DNA from: Narcine bancroftii
Lineage: Eukaryota
Assembly (NCBI RefSeq): GCF_036971445.1
Contig: NC_091470.1
Location: forward strand, 348,998,001 to 349,062,000
Direction: 5' to 3'
DNA length: 64,000 nucleotides
Shown: positions 1 through 12,287 of the stretch, piece after piece
How the letters are laid out: every line of letters starts with the position of its first letter
Position numbering within the stretch: the first letter of the stretch is position 1
Program-made: the position numbers and the translations under genes
The notes under the pieces: generated by a model
Database searches by the model: none
Told to the model about the DNA's origin: nothing
What the model saw: the letters and a program-made list of their open reading frames with translations, nothing else

Positions 1-479
1 CCTGTTTGACCTTTTTGTAACTCTTAAGCAGTAATATCTGATACTTTATTTGCCCTTGCTGTGTGAGTGAAAGTTAATATTTATTGACACATGCGGATAT
101 AAAATATTTTTGTCTGCAAATAAAAGGGGAACTGAAGTCACATTGAGGCTAGACTTGCAAAGGATGGCAGGTCTCTTCCCTGGTAGAGATTATTGGATCA
201 GTTTCTTTTTTGCTTTTAACAGACTTCATTTCTTCTGGTTTTACCAAAGATAAGCAAGAATTATGGAATTCCATTTCAAAGCATTCATGTTGAGATTCAA
301 ACTAATGGCTTTTGAATGGTTATCTTCTTAGAAAGAAGAAAAACCACTAGGCCTCTGAACCTTTAGAATTAAATTGTAATTCAACCTGTCTCAAGTGGTG
401 CCAATGCATGGAGTCATACAACAGGACAATGTGCTCTTCACCCCAGTGAATTCATACCAAGCCCTTATCATCCTATGAA

Positions 480-625
480 TAAATCTACACTGATTTTCAT
501 TTTATTCTCCCCACACTCCCCTCAATTTCTGCACAGTGCTATCATTTACTCTAGGGGAAATTGTCCACAGCCAATTAACCTACCAACCCACATATCTCTG
601 GGATGTAGATGGAAAAGCTATGGCA
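480..625 (-). mobile_element. V-SINE/HE1-like SINE fragment
   Basis: 'agccaattaacctaccaacccacatatctctgggatgtag' is the reverse SINE core also seen at 48990-49200 and 31260-31480. Confidence 0.5.
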
Positions 626-1864
626 CATAAACATTTATTCAACACCTTCCACCATCTCTGGATGCCCAAAAGTGAAGCATCAAATGCAATCTCAATGATA
701 TTTCATGAATGAGGTATTTATAACTGATCACAGCAGCCCTAATAATATGATCAATGAAAACACGAAAGGCAAATAAATTTGCATATAATTGCAGTCACTG
801 GAAGTCTGAAATAAAAAATATAAAATTCCAGAAAGACGACAGAGAAAAACTGTCTTTATTTCACATTCGTGAACTAGCTCAATTCTTTCTCTTTCCACAG
901 GTTCTGCCTGACCTGCTGACAAAGACAAAAATACAGGAAAAAAATTGGAGCAGGAGTAGGCCATAGGCCTCTCCAGCCTGCCCTGCCATCCCAATACAAT
1001 CCTGCTCGATTTGCACCAGGCCTCATTTCTTCTTATGTGCTAAATCTCATGTCACATTGCTCCAAATGGGTTGACATTCGGTCCCGACTTAACTTTAAAT
1101 ACTTCTAAAGGTGTGGATAAGTTGAAGGTTTCGCTTTTGCAGTTTGACTCTACATTGGTCAATTCATTCAACAACTGCAGACATGCAGATAAAGAGCAGA
1201 AGGCCAGATGAAAATCAAAAAAAGCCGCAGATCCAGCAAACTGGAAAAGAGAGAAAGTGCTGTAAACCCTCGGCCAGTCAGGCAGCGACTGTGGAAAGAG
1301 AAAAAACAATGTCTCATCTCAGAAACCCTACATCTGATATGTTTTTTCCTCAAAAAAAAGTGATTTTTTTCTCTTGAATGCAAAGTTAATGTTGGTTGTC
1401 AAATCTATGAATTATGCAGGGGACTCAATAATTAATTGTAATGGCCTGTTTCACTCACAAAATGATTCTTTCTGGTTATGGATGGGTGAAGGTATAACTT
1501 GGTTTATTGTTTGTGGTAGACTACTTACACTGCTCCTTGTCTGATTCACAATGCAGTGTTAAATATGTCATAAAAGGTGACCTTCTCTGCACAAATCAAT
1601 ACCAGTTTTAAGAGTGTAACTTTAGAATCTTTATTCCTTGTGGATGATGTTTCCAAAAAAAACGACAGGAACTACAGGAGTATTATAATGATGATCTGTC
1701 AGTAATTATACATTTCACTGTCAAAATCTTGTCATGGTTGGTACTTGTCAATTTCTAAACAGTGGCAGATTAACTACCACCCAGGACCCAAAGCTGAGAT
1801 CCCCCCAGGGTCGGAGTTATTGGGGGGGCATTCGTGGGCCCTACCCCAACTCACCTCCTTCCAA

Positions 1865-1865
<1 letters not shown>

Positions 1866-1930
<65 letters not shown>
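1866..1930. repeat. (CT)n microsatellite
   Basis: Directly visible ~32 CT units. Confidence 0.97.
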
Positions 1931-1933
<3 letters not shown>

Positions 1934-1952
1934 ACTTAGAGTTGCACGTGTC

Positions 1953-2710
1953 TGTGGTGTGCTGTTAGCCAGAATCAGACACACACAAGATAAAGACTGA
2001 ACAACAGGCTTTAATCCACAAAAACCTCCACAGAGCCAGGCTGGCTGTGGCTGCAACAACTCAGTGTGAGGCCTCGGGAGGCCAGCGCAGGCTTATATCC
2101 CGGAGGGTGATTGACACCCGACCGGGTGGGGCTTGATCCATTCAGGCTGACTGATTGGCAGCCGGCCAGGTGTTGTCCTGTCCCCTTACATTCCTGCAGG
2201 TACAGAGGTTGCCCCCTGCAGTAGGCCGGTGGTGTACCACCACATTCACTCCCTTCTTTAAAATTGTCCAGGGTGGGGGGGGTGGGGGGCAGTAACAAGG
2301 AATCGTACCCACTATGTACATACAATATTTTCAGGTTGAGACAATTCGGCAGCTGCCGGGGTCTCTGTGACCGTCATAAGACTGGCTCCTGGTCACTGGT
2401 CAGAGGGAAAGTGCGGGGGGGCTGGCGGCAGGGATTTGTGTAGCTGGTGTGGTGCTGCGCAGAGGGGTGGCCAGGGGGGCCGGCGTCGATGTATGTGGGT
2501 TGTATTGGATGGGTGGGGGAGCGGGTTTGTCTACTAAGGCTGAAGTGGACCCCTGATGGTCAAGGAGGCCCTGCATGCCCCATGGCTGCCTGCGGACGGG
2601 GATGTATGCCCGGTCAGCGTTGTCCTGGGTTGGAGGGTATCGTGGTGTGGTGGGTCCTCCTGCTGGTGCCAGGTCCCTGGTTGATACGGTGTCCTCCCTG
2701 CCACTGCTGA
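1953..2710 (-). mobile_element. Gypsy LTR retrotransposon 3' end: integrase C-terminus, PPT and 3' LTR (1953-2244)
   Basis: Minus strand reads SGREDTVSTRDLAPAG ... RSQRPRQLPNCLNL, then purine tract aaagaagggagtgaa, then a TGTGGTGG...CACCACA LTR with TATAA and ATTAAA; near-identical LTR at 32798. Confidence 0.85.
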
Positions 2711-2977
2711 ACCTAACCTAAGTATAATGTACTTAGTGCTAGCATCTAACGTAATAAAATATCATGAAGAAAAGTTATATGAATCAATTATAATCCATAT
2801 TATTATCCATTACAACTCACTCACATCATGCTGATTTTTTTTGCTCCCCAGATTATTTAGATGGTGTTAAGGTTTATGGAAAAGAGAGTGACTTGTTGTT
2901 GGGGTGGGAGGGTGTCAGGCATATGCTGGAATATAGCAAGGAAGATTTGGGAGCCTTAGCCACCTCGAGTCCTAACG

Positions 2978-4965
2978 AGCACGACACATGAACCAGGCCA
3001 GCAGCAGGCACCGAACTACATATGTAACCTATCCCAGAAGTGGCACTGGTAGTTCGGTGCCTCAGCTGGAGGCCCAGGTCATGTCGTGCTGGTCAGAACT
3101 CCCTCCCAATCTTCCACCTTCCCAACCACCAAACTATTAGATTTTTAACATCTCTCCAACCCGTTATGAGCCCAAAGGACTCAAAAACCAGCAACAACAA
3201 AATTCACTAAGATAATGGCTACTTAAACAAAAGGTTTTTTTTTCTTACTACAGAATAATAAGGTTAATACTTAACTTATTACTATTAAATTAACTTCACT
3301 CAACCTAACTTAACTCCCTTCTAATTCTAAGCACACGTGCATGCAATATTTATGTCCTCAGGAAAGTTCTTTTTCACTGTCCAATCATTCACTTTTCACT
3401 TCTCCAAGTTGACTGGTATCAGGCAATCTTCCATACTGTGCACAAAATTTAACAGATATTATATTCACCAGGCCCTGATGCTTTAACTTAAGTTGTTACT
3501 GCTCAGGAAGGTCTTTGTTGGTTTCAGAGAGATATTCGTTCTTCATTGGACACACAAACTGATCTCCTTCAATCAGCAGCTGAAATGTCTCACCGAAAAA
3601 ACTTAACTCCCTCTTGGGTTTTTCCAAAAGATAACCTCTTCTTCCAGGTGACCACAGGAGTTCTTCTTTTTCAATTATTTCAGGAGAAACACAATAACCA
3701 GCCACAACCTCTGCAATTGACTGCAGAGATTTAGAATAGGCTGAACTCAGAACTCAAAACCTGTCTTGAAATGGGGTCATGCAGCAGGTCTGCCAACTTG
3801 CAGCCTTCACCACAAACTGCTGCAGAATACCCCTCAGTATCTCTCTCTCTCTCCCAAACAATCAATGTTTTCTCTCTATTTGCAAAATCGCGTGGCTCCT
3901 CTTAGGACAACAAAGTTCAACCAGAAAATTCTAGCACCAGTCTAAGAGCCAAAATATTTCACAGTTCTTGAGCCTGGACACAGCTCAAATATGTTGGTCC
4001 ATTAACACCTACTTGTGAAACTCTCACATGCACTTCCCATTGTCTCTGCAAAGCTAACTGCAGACACAAAGTCTACCCTTCTGTAGCTTATGCATGGTAA
4101 AGGAGATGTTTGTTTGTGAAATGTGATCTGATAACTAAACCTCACAATTGAACCCTTTTAAAATATATTTTATCATAATTTTATTAACTTATTCCATAAT
4201 AGAACAAATTGGATGTTAAAAATCTAATAGTTTAGAGGTGGGGGGAACTGAAGAAGGTGAAGGATGGGAGTTGAATTTTTAAACCAGAGCACCCAGAACC
4301 TAAGTCGAGGCAGCTAGTTAGTTAAGTAAGTAGTGGCACTCTTGTTGTGGGGTGGGTTATTGGATTATATTGAGAGGCCACCTCTCTATGACCTCAGTGA
4401 GATGGCCTCTCAGTCAATCACAGCAGCGCCCACCAGGGTGCCACTAATTATTTAAGTGTCTGCCTCCAAGCACTCTCTGGGACAAGGTGAGTGGCTTTTC
4501 AACCTGTCCTCCCCCCCCCTCCAAATCATCCTCGATTCCTCCACCTTCACACCAAACTATTAGATTTTTAACACCCAATTCAATCGGAGTCCAACCAATT
4601 GGATGTTAAAATTCTAATAGTTTGGTGGGAAGGTGGAAGATCATCCATCCTCAATCATCACACACACGGGACACGTCACAGACTGAAATTCTGCAAAAAA
4701 TGCAAGTGATGCTGCCTGCCCACCGCCTCCGGCTTCCAGAAGCCGCTGACCGCATGTTGCCCCAGCAATGGCGTGACACCAACTCTGGCCACACCTACAC
4801 TACCACCGGCTTCTCCCATACAGGTACAGGCGCAGTAAATAGAGACCAAACAGCAGGGGCCTACCCTTAACTGAGTAGGTGTTGAAGCCTAGGGGCTCGG
4901 GCCACCTTACCCTCTGGGCCGCTAGGTTTCAGCCTACTCAGCCTCTAATGGGTTAATCCACCACA
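2978..4965. mobile_element. Unclassified multi-hairpin (foldback/MITE-like) region interrupted by a solo LTR
   Basis: Inverted repeats 3006-3019/3049-3062, 3131-3152/4212-4233, 4371-4412, 4540-4640, 4871-4941. Confidence 0.55.
3162..4177 (-). mobile_element. ~1-kb solo LTR, family A (diverged copy)
   Basis: Starts cgttatgagcccaaaggac and is collinear with copies at 11341, 17003, 55163, 56865. Confidence 0.8.
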
Positions 4966-5619
4966 GTTTCAAAACCTGGCAAAGAATGTGAAGAAGAATT
5001 CATTCACTAGAAGCAGACAAATATGTATTTAAGCCTTAATAACGAAATACCACAGTTAAGAACTGATTAACTTGGGAATTCTCAATAACAGCTAAAGACA
5101 ATATAATCACAAGTTCAACTTTTTTTGGGTAGGATTGATCTTTACTTTCCACCTAATTTCTCACTTCTGGCCACCTAATTATTTTCCACCCATCTTTTAT
5201 TTGAAGAAATTAAATAATACTTGTGGAATACCAGTCTACAACATATTCTGTGAACAGAATATTCTGTGTCTTTTCAACAGGAATAATGTACATTACAACT
5301 CTATAGATATAATTGTACTTCGAATTAAATCTAAGCAATCGTCTCCATAGCAACAATACGGCCTCTCAGAACAAAATTAATTTGATTTTTAATGAAAGTA
5401 TAAAGTGTTGCAAACATAAGGCAGGGTGGGCAGCATGTGCGACAAGTGAAATAGTTAATATTTCAAGTCAGCTAGTCTTTGGCAAAACTGGGAAAGAGAG
5501 AAGACAAGATACTTTTATGTTACAGAGAATGTGGGGGTGGGGAGGAGGATAAATGGACATAAAGAATGTCTCTGATTAGGCAAAGGGAAGATTGTCATTG
5601 GAATAAATCTAGCAAGTAT

Positions 5620-5900
5620 ATTCAAAGTAAAATGATTGTAAGGGACAAATCTGTGTATGGAGCCTCATGAAATGGTGGAGATCTTAAACATTTTTTTGTA
5701 TCAGTACTTACGCAAGAAACTGACATAGTGAATAAGGATGGAAGGGAAATAAATAGAGGTGTCATGAGTATATGTAGTTTAAGGAGAAGGAGGTGCTTGC
5801 TGCCTTGCAATGAATAAAGGTAGACAAATCCCCTGGACCGGATATGATACTCCCAGAACTTCCCCGATGAATGCAAAGGCTGATGGAGTGGAAAGTGAGA
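5620..5900 (+). mobile_element. CR1 LINE ORF2 fragment
   Basis: Decayed FFVSVLTQE ... KVDKSPGPD motif (RT N-terminus). Confidence 0.75.
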
Positions 5901-5910
5901 ATGAGGGAAT

Positions 5911-6136
5911 TGTAGTAAACCACTGTGGCTTATTAATTGTCTGGTCAGGTACATCTATTGGTTGATTATACCTGAGGCCCCTCCCCACAGGCTCCTGTAT
6001 AAAAGTGGCTGTTCCACAGCCTCCATCTCAGTGCAGGACGGTCGAACAGTATGGATGCGCCGTTGTTCTTAAGCGAATGAAAGCCTATTGGTTTCTGAAC
6101 AACAGTCTTTTGAGTTATTGATCAGGATTTCTATCA
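5911..6136 (+). mobile_element. Short solo LTR
   Basis: TGTAGT...CTATCA termini, TATAAAA box, degenerate polyA signal. Confidence 0.55.
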
Positions 6137-6426
6137 TTGATCTCCTCAGGAGGAAAGGAAATGAAGGCAGAGGTTCAGAAAATACATTCAGTGCAGTCAA
6201 AGGCTTTGTCAGCTATGAGAGAAAAAATTTCATGGTTCAAGAAGAAGGAAGATATTTTCAAGATTAAGATCACAATTCAATTTATTGTCATGTACACAAA
6301 AAGCTTTTCTTTGTTTGTCCTGATAATTCAGCTTCATTAATCAAACAAGAAAGAGGAGCAAAAGAAAGTCCTTTCAGAGGCATTTGGCACTTTTTAACAC
6401 AGCTGTTGATGAGCAGAAAATTTCAG

Positions 6427-6623
6427 TGATGCACCATCAATAATCACAAAGGACTGTGAAACTATCAGGCTTTTATTAATTATAAACTGGAACACCCTTC
6501 AACCTCATTGACTGATTGAGGCAGAGTGGAATGGGGAGCATGCAAGGGGTTATGGGTAGTATCAGTCTCAGGAGGTGTGTCCAGCTGGCAGCAGTCAATC
6601 ATGGCATAACAGTGGTTTACCAT
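6427..6623 (-). mobile_element. Short solo LTR
   Basis: tgatgcaccatcaat end and ttttatt (AATAAAA on minus); layout related to the 5911 LTR. Confidence 0.5.
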
Positions 6624-6679
6624 AGTCAGGAAATTTTCTGCTCCAATGTCAGTGTAAAAATGTCAAGATGGAATAGATT

Positions 6680-7190
6680 CACAAGATCACAAGATCACAA
6701 GACAAAGGAACAGAACCAGGCCACTAGGCCCATCGAGTCTGTTCCATAAATCTACACTAAGCTACTCTACACTAGTTCCAATTTCTGTCCTTTTCCCCAT
6801 ATCCCTTGATGCCCTCACCAATTAGATACTTGTCTATTTCTTGTTTAAATACTCCCAGTGATCTGGCTTCCACTGCTGTATCTGGCAGTGAGTTCCACAG
6901 ATCCACAACCCTCTGGCTAAAGAAGTTCTTTCTAATCTCTGTTTTATATGGATAATTTTCCGACTATGACCCTTGGTCCTTGATTCACCCACCAAGGGAA
7001 ACATCTTACCTGCATCCACCCTATCTTAACTTTTCAAAATATGAAATGCCTCTATGAGATCTCTCATTCTCCTATACTCCAATGAATACAACCCAAGAGC
7101 TGCCAAACACTCCTCATGCATTAGCCCTTGCATTCCGGGAATCATCTTAGTAAATCTCCTCTGTACCCTCTCCAACAACATCACATAGAT
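6680..7190 (-). mobile_element. CR1 LINE 3' end
   Basis: LERVQRRFTKMIPG..., MFPLVGESRTKGH; (acaagatc)n tail. Confidence 0.9.
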
Positions 7191-7212
7191 TCCATCCTGT
7201 AATTTTTCCAAT

Positions 7213-7347
7213 GGGACCCGTACACATTTTTATGGAGTGGTTGCAGTGTAAAATAACCACAGCCACTCCATAAAAAACAGGCATAATAAATATGATGTTC
7301 CCCCTCCGACAAACTCCGCAACACAGGAAGATAGTGTAAAAGTGCCC
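7213..7347. mobile_element. PIF/Harbinger-like MITE
   Basis: Imperfect TIRs gggacccgtacac / gtgtaaaagtgccc; internal 17-bp hairpin 7227-7243/7260-7276. Confidence 0.45.
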
Positions 7348-8309
7348 CTGTGTAAATGACCACACCAGGACACCAGAGGTAAGTATGCTAATTTTTTTGG
7401 AATAATTGCAAAGTTTCTGAGTAAAAATGCCAATTGACTTCTGTAGATCTCACTGCCTAAATCAAAGCAAATACAGTGATGGCAGGGACACTGGAAGATT
7501 AGAATGGATCTGTGTAGAAGGCAGGGTGAGAGGAGGTACAGATGAGATGGCTAAGGGAGTCTATTGGCTTGGAATAGAAGTTTGCCACCAGCCTATCTCC
7601 TGAGGTGAAATAGATACAGAAGGGGAAGGAAAAAAAAATCACAGATCAACAAGTGATGGTGGAAATTGACTGCAAAACATATGGATTTTTACTTTCTGAA
7701 CAAGTGCAGGAATCGGCACCTCAATGTACCGGAGAACAAGCTGTACCAGAAACATTAACTGGTTTCTCTTCCCATGAATGTGGCTTGACTGGCTGAATTC
7801 TTCCAGCATTTCTCATTTTGTTTGTGAAAGAGTTGAGGGAAGTATCGAAGGAGAAGCCAGTCGATGTGTGAAGAATGTGTGTGGTGATGAAGGGCAAATG
7901 CGAAGGATACTGGTCAAGGCACAGTGCAGAGGTGTATCACCCCTTATTAATATTTCTTTTCAGTCTCCAACATTCGGGATGTAAAGTTATAGTCTTGTTT
8001 ATGTCTTTGGTCAAAACCCTGTCACCTCCCATTTTTCCTCGCTCTCTCTCTGCCACAGAAAATATCCTTGTCTTCTTACATTTGCAGTCCCTAACCTGAA
8101 ACGTTCACTATGCTTCTTTCTTTACTCTGGCTGCCTGGCCCAATGAATGCTTCCAGCTTTTTCTATTTTTGTTTTATGCAATATGACCACTTTTGATTTA
8201 TGCCCTGTGCCTTTGTTAGTTTAATTTCGTGGCATATTTGTGTATTCCATGTGAAAAAAAATGAATTAACGGGTTCATTGCTTGGTGCACAGCAAGACAT
8301 AAATCTTTC

Positions 8310-9290
8310 TTGATCATTAGACAAGAGACGCAGATGCTGAAATCTGCTGCAAATATTGAGTTGTTTGAGGAACTCAGTGGGTCCGGCAGCAACTGGGAAG
8401 GGAAACAAAGAGTCGAAGTTTTATGTCAAGAACTTTCAAGGATGAATGTGGAGAGGCAAGATAGCCACAGTAAAGAGGAGAGGAGGAGGGGTGAAGCCTG
8501 TGACCCTTTGGTTGACTGAAGGGTGATGGATGATGGAGAGAAAGACCCAAAGAGGGGGAGATGGTTGGATTTGGGAGAAGGTGACAGGTGAATGATTGGT
8601 GACAAATAGAGGGGGGGGGAGGATAAAATGAGAAAGAAAAAAAGAAGAGAGAAAAAGGGGGCAGATGGAGCCAGGCGAGGGGTCGGAGTGGGGGGGAGGA
8701 GAGGGAGGAGACAAGTGCTGGAGGGTGATAGCAGGAACAGGAATATAAGGTGATAAGGAAGAGGTGAAGGACAAATAGAACCATGAAGGAGAGTAGTGGT
8801 AGTTGGTTGGAACTGTGGTAGGGAGGGGCAAGTAGATGGGGGGATGATAAGGTGAGGTGGGGGGGAGGCCTGAAGGTAGATTATAGGAAAGGAAAAGAAA
8901 GGAAGAAGCAGAGCCAGTTAGGAAGGAGAGCAAACAGGAAATAGGTTTTCTGAAGTTGGAAAATTAAATGCTCAGGCCATTGGGTTCTGGACTACATGAG
9001 GGGAGTAGGAGAAGCCACATCAGAAGAACAAAGGGCAGTAAATGAGGTTGGAGGAGGTTGAGGAGAGTGGAAGAGCTGTTTAAGTCACTGGACAGTTGTG
9101 ATGGAGGGGGTGTAGGAACAAATTTTACACCTCCTGCTGTTGTTGGGGAAAGTGCCAGACATCTCGGAGGGCTAGGTGGGAAAGGAAAAATGGAGCAGCG
9201 AGTCACAGAGGGAGAGATCCCTGGACAAGGTAGAAAGGGAAAGACGTGACTGACAGAAGGTTCCTGTTGCACTTGGCAAAAATGGCATCA
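8310..9290 (-). mobile_element. Penelope-like element 3' part with purine/pyrimidine-rich tail
   Basis: Minus strand PEPNGLSI*FSNF matches the C-terminus of the copy at 61240; pyrimidine-rich 3' region; tail motif shared with the other copies. Confidence 0.65.
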
Positions 9291-10284
9291 TTTGACCACC
9301 CCCCTCCCACCCCCCACCCCCCAGCTCTTTCCCCAGAAAATGCAAGTTTTAATCTTTGTGAACTTAAAGGGGTGAAATAGGGGAGAAATTTGAATACATG
9401 CAAGAAGGAGTTTGATCAGAAAGTTGGAACAGGTAAATATAGCTGTGTGATACAGTGAATGATGTGCAGATATTTGAGTTTAAGAAGAGAATTTGCAAAC
9501 CATAAAATAACACAGGATCAATCCAACATAATGAGACCAAAGGTTTTACAGGTAACAAGGATTTCAAAGGAGGAGATGCTTGGGAAACACATTAGGCAAG
9601 AGGAGAGACAAAATTATCCTTTGATTTGAGAAAGCAATTATGGAGAATTGTTTGCTGGATTTAATTATACCTTGCTGAGGTTGAATTACAATTCTCTTGT
9701 TACTATTTTTGATAAGGAAGTCCCTTCCGATCCCACCAATTATTTTATTGTTAATTGAACATTGCATGCTAAATTACAGTTTTTCATTATTCTATTGGCA
9801 GTTTTGGTTAAAGCCTGAAGGAAATTTGGTGAGATGGTTAACTCAGTGCTTGGAGCTGTTATTGTGATGTGTTACACAAAAGGATAATATTTTCAACTGG
9901 AGAATTGATTTATGGATTGTATCTGTGCTTTTGAGTATTGTTTGCATTGATTTAACTTAGCCCTACTCTTTGGTTCGACTACCCAGAGGCACACCATGTA
10001 ACTGAATGGATATTACATGGGCAGGAGGTGGTACATCTGTGATCTATTGGAATAATTATATTTAATTTCTTCCCTTTTGTTGCAGAGTGCACAGGGAGAG
10101 TCAGTCATACTGGAGACACTACTGCATAGCTCAATGAACAGATGCAATAACGGAGTTGAAAATGTACTTATACAGTTTCCCAAGATGCATTGCTAATCCT
10201 TTAGGCTGAAAATGTTTGCACTTTTATTCCATCAGTTCATGCTGCTGATAAGTAGGTTTATATATACTTTAATTAACACCTTAA

Positions 10285-10450
10285 CGGTTAGCGCAATGCC
10301 TTTACAGCAGAGGTGACCCAGTTTTGAATCCGGGTGCTGTCTGTAAAGAGTTTGTCCACTTACTCGATGTCTATGTGGGTTTCCTCCCGCCCTCCAAAAA
10401 TATATGAGATTTTTATTTGGGTGTTATGGGCTCATGGGCCAGAAGGGCCA
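10285..10450 (+). mobile_element. tRNA-derived V-SINE/HE1-like SINE
   Basis: acggttagcgcaatgc..., B-box-like tttgaatcc, ctgtctgtaaagagtttgt core, gggccagaagggcc tail. Confidence 0.8.
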
Positions 10451-10580
10451 NNNNNNNNNNNNNNNNNNNNNNNNNNNNNNNNNNNNNNNNNNNNNNNNNN
10501 NNNNNNNNNNNNNNNNNNNNNNNNNNNNNNNNNNNNNNNNNNNNNNNNNNNNNNNNNNNNNNNNNNNNNNNNNNNNNNNN
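10451..10580. other. Assembly gap
   Basis: 130 N. Confidence 1.
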
Positions 10581-10725
10581 TATCTATATGGTGTGTGTTT
10601 ATCTATGTACTGTATCTATCTCTCTATATATGTGTGTTTTTATCTATATACTGAATCTATCTATATAAGTGTGTGTGTATATTGTATCTATATAGTGTGT
10701 GTTTATCTATATACTGTATCTATCC

Positions 10726-10767
<42 letters not shown>

Positions 10768-10822
10768 ATCTATATACTGTTTCTATCTATATGGTGTGTG
10801 TTTATCTATACACTGTGTTTAT
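10581..10822. repeat. Degenerate ~32-40-bp minisatellite with (TG)n
   Basis: Repeated tatctatatggtgtgtgtttatctatatactg units, flanked by gaps on both sides. Confidence 0.85.
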
Positions 10823-10998
10823 NNNNNNNNNNNNNNNNNNNNNNNNNNNNNNNNNNNNNNNNNNNNNNNNNNNNNNNNNNNNNNNNNNNNNNNNNNNNNN
10901 NNNNNNNNNNNNNNNNNNNNNNNNNNNNNNNNNNNNNNNNNNNNNNNNNNNNNNNNNNNNNNNNNNNNNNNNNNNNNNNNNNNNNNNNNNNNNNNNNN
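10823..10998. other. Assembly gap
   Basis: 176 N. Confidence 1.
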
Positions 10999-11340
10999 CA
11001 AATGGTAGTTTTAACAACTGGCAAAAACTGGCATCTGGCACCCCCAATTAGTTAGTTCACCAATCCACACATCATGCAATCTCAAGCAACTGAAAAATTC
11101 ACTTATCCACCATTAACCAATCCCCATAGGTGCTGGACACTGGGTGGGAGGGGGTAGGAGTTTGACTATAGTGGTGATTTAGTCTGGTGATAGGAAGGAA
11201 CTATAGCAGTAGTGCAGCAGGTGGGGAGAACAATATAGAGGATAAGTTAAGGAAGTCCAGTGAACAGAGCAAATGAAGCAGAATCGGGTGCTTGAGAGGG
11301 CTGGCAGGTGCAATTGCATTTACTTTATTACTGTATGAGT

Positions 11341-11592
11341 TATAGTAGAATGGTTATGGATAAATAAGTCTTTAAAAGAGATAGATTGTGGGTGTTTAAT
11401 GTAGGTCACTTTATAAACAGACATTAACACTTCACAAAAGAAATCTCACTTAAAATATAAGAGCTTTGCTGAAACTAGACATTGAGGCTCCAGTTGACTT
11501 TGCAAAAGCAATGAAGAATGGTGATCTATTGTGCATGAGCAATAAAGTCCAGGCTTAGGCATACTGATAAGATCTTTCAAAGATTGGGTTTT

Positions 11593-11652
<60 letters not shown>

Positions 11653-12287
11653 GAGTTCTACAGTAGCAGTTGAGGCTGCAAAATGGCAAGCTGGCAGACT
11701 TGTTGAAAGTCCCCATTTTGAAAATGGGTTGTGAGTTCTGAGTTCAGCCTGTTCAAAACCCTTGTACTCCTTACAAGAGGAAATGCTGGCTAGATTGTTT
11801 CTCGTGAAATAAGGGAAACAAGAGAGGTTATCATTTGAAAAACCCATGATTGGGCAAGTTTCTTCTGCAAGACACTGAAGCGACTGATGGGAAGAAATCA
11901 GTTTGTGTGTGTCCAATGAGCAACAAATATCTCTTGGAAACCAACAAGAGCCTTCCTGAGTGGTAACCATTTAACTTTCAGCACCAGAACCTGGTGAAGA
12001 TTCATAAATGTTGAATTCTGTGCACAGTTTAAGAATTGCCTGATACCGATGAACTAGGAGAAGTGAGAAGTGAATGATTGGATTGTGAAACAAAGAACAT
12101 TCCTGAACATATACACATTACATACATGTGCGCTTAGAAATAGAAGGAAGTTAAGTTATAGTAATAAGTTAAAGTTTGATCTTGTTATTATGTTCAAAGA
12201 AAATTAAATGCAACTTTTGTTTAAATAACCATTGTCTTGGTGAATTTCTATTGCTGCTGCGTTTTGGAGTCCTCTGGGCTCGTAACA
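11341..12287 (+). mobile_element. ~1-kb solo LTR, family A, with internal (GA)n
   Basis: Ends ...gtcctctgggctcgtaaca with ATTAAA upstream; reverse complement of the 3162/17003/55163 copies. Confidence 0.85.

Noticed and set aside
880-920. Strong acceptor ttctttctctttccacag
   Set aside because: It is the common repeat tail motif (ctgcctgacctgctga) seen many times in the window
2011-2325. Duplicated peptide shared with 32849-33031, suggesting a paralogous gene
   Set aside because: Both are translations of the same Gypsy LTR
10086-10251. Plus-strand exon candidate after a strong acceptor
   Set aside because: All frames are closed before the plausible donor; at most non-coding, with no supporting evidence
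10334-11055. ORFs of 60-215 aa
   Set aside because: Artefacts of N runs and microsatellite
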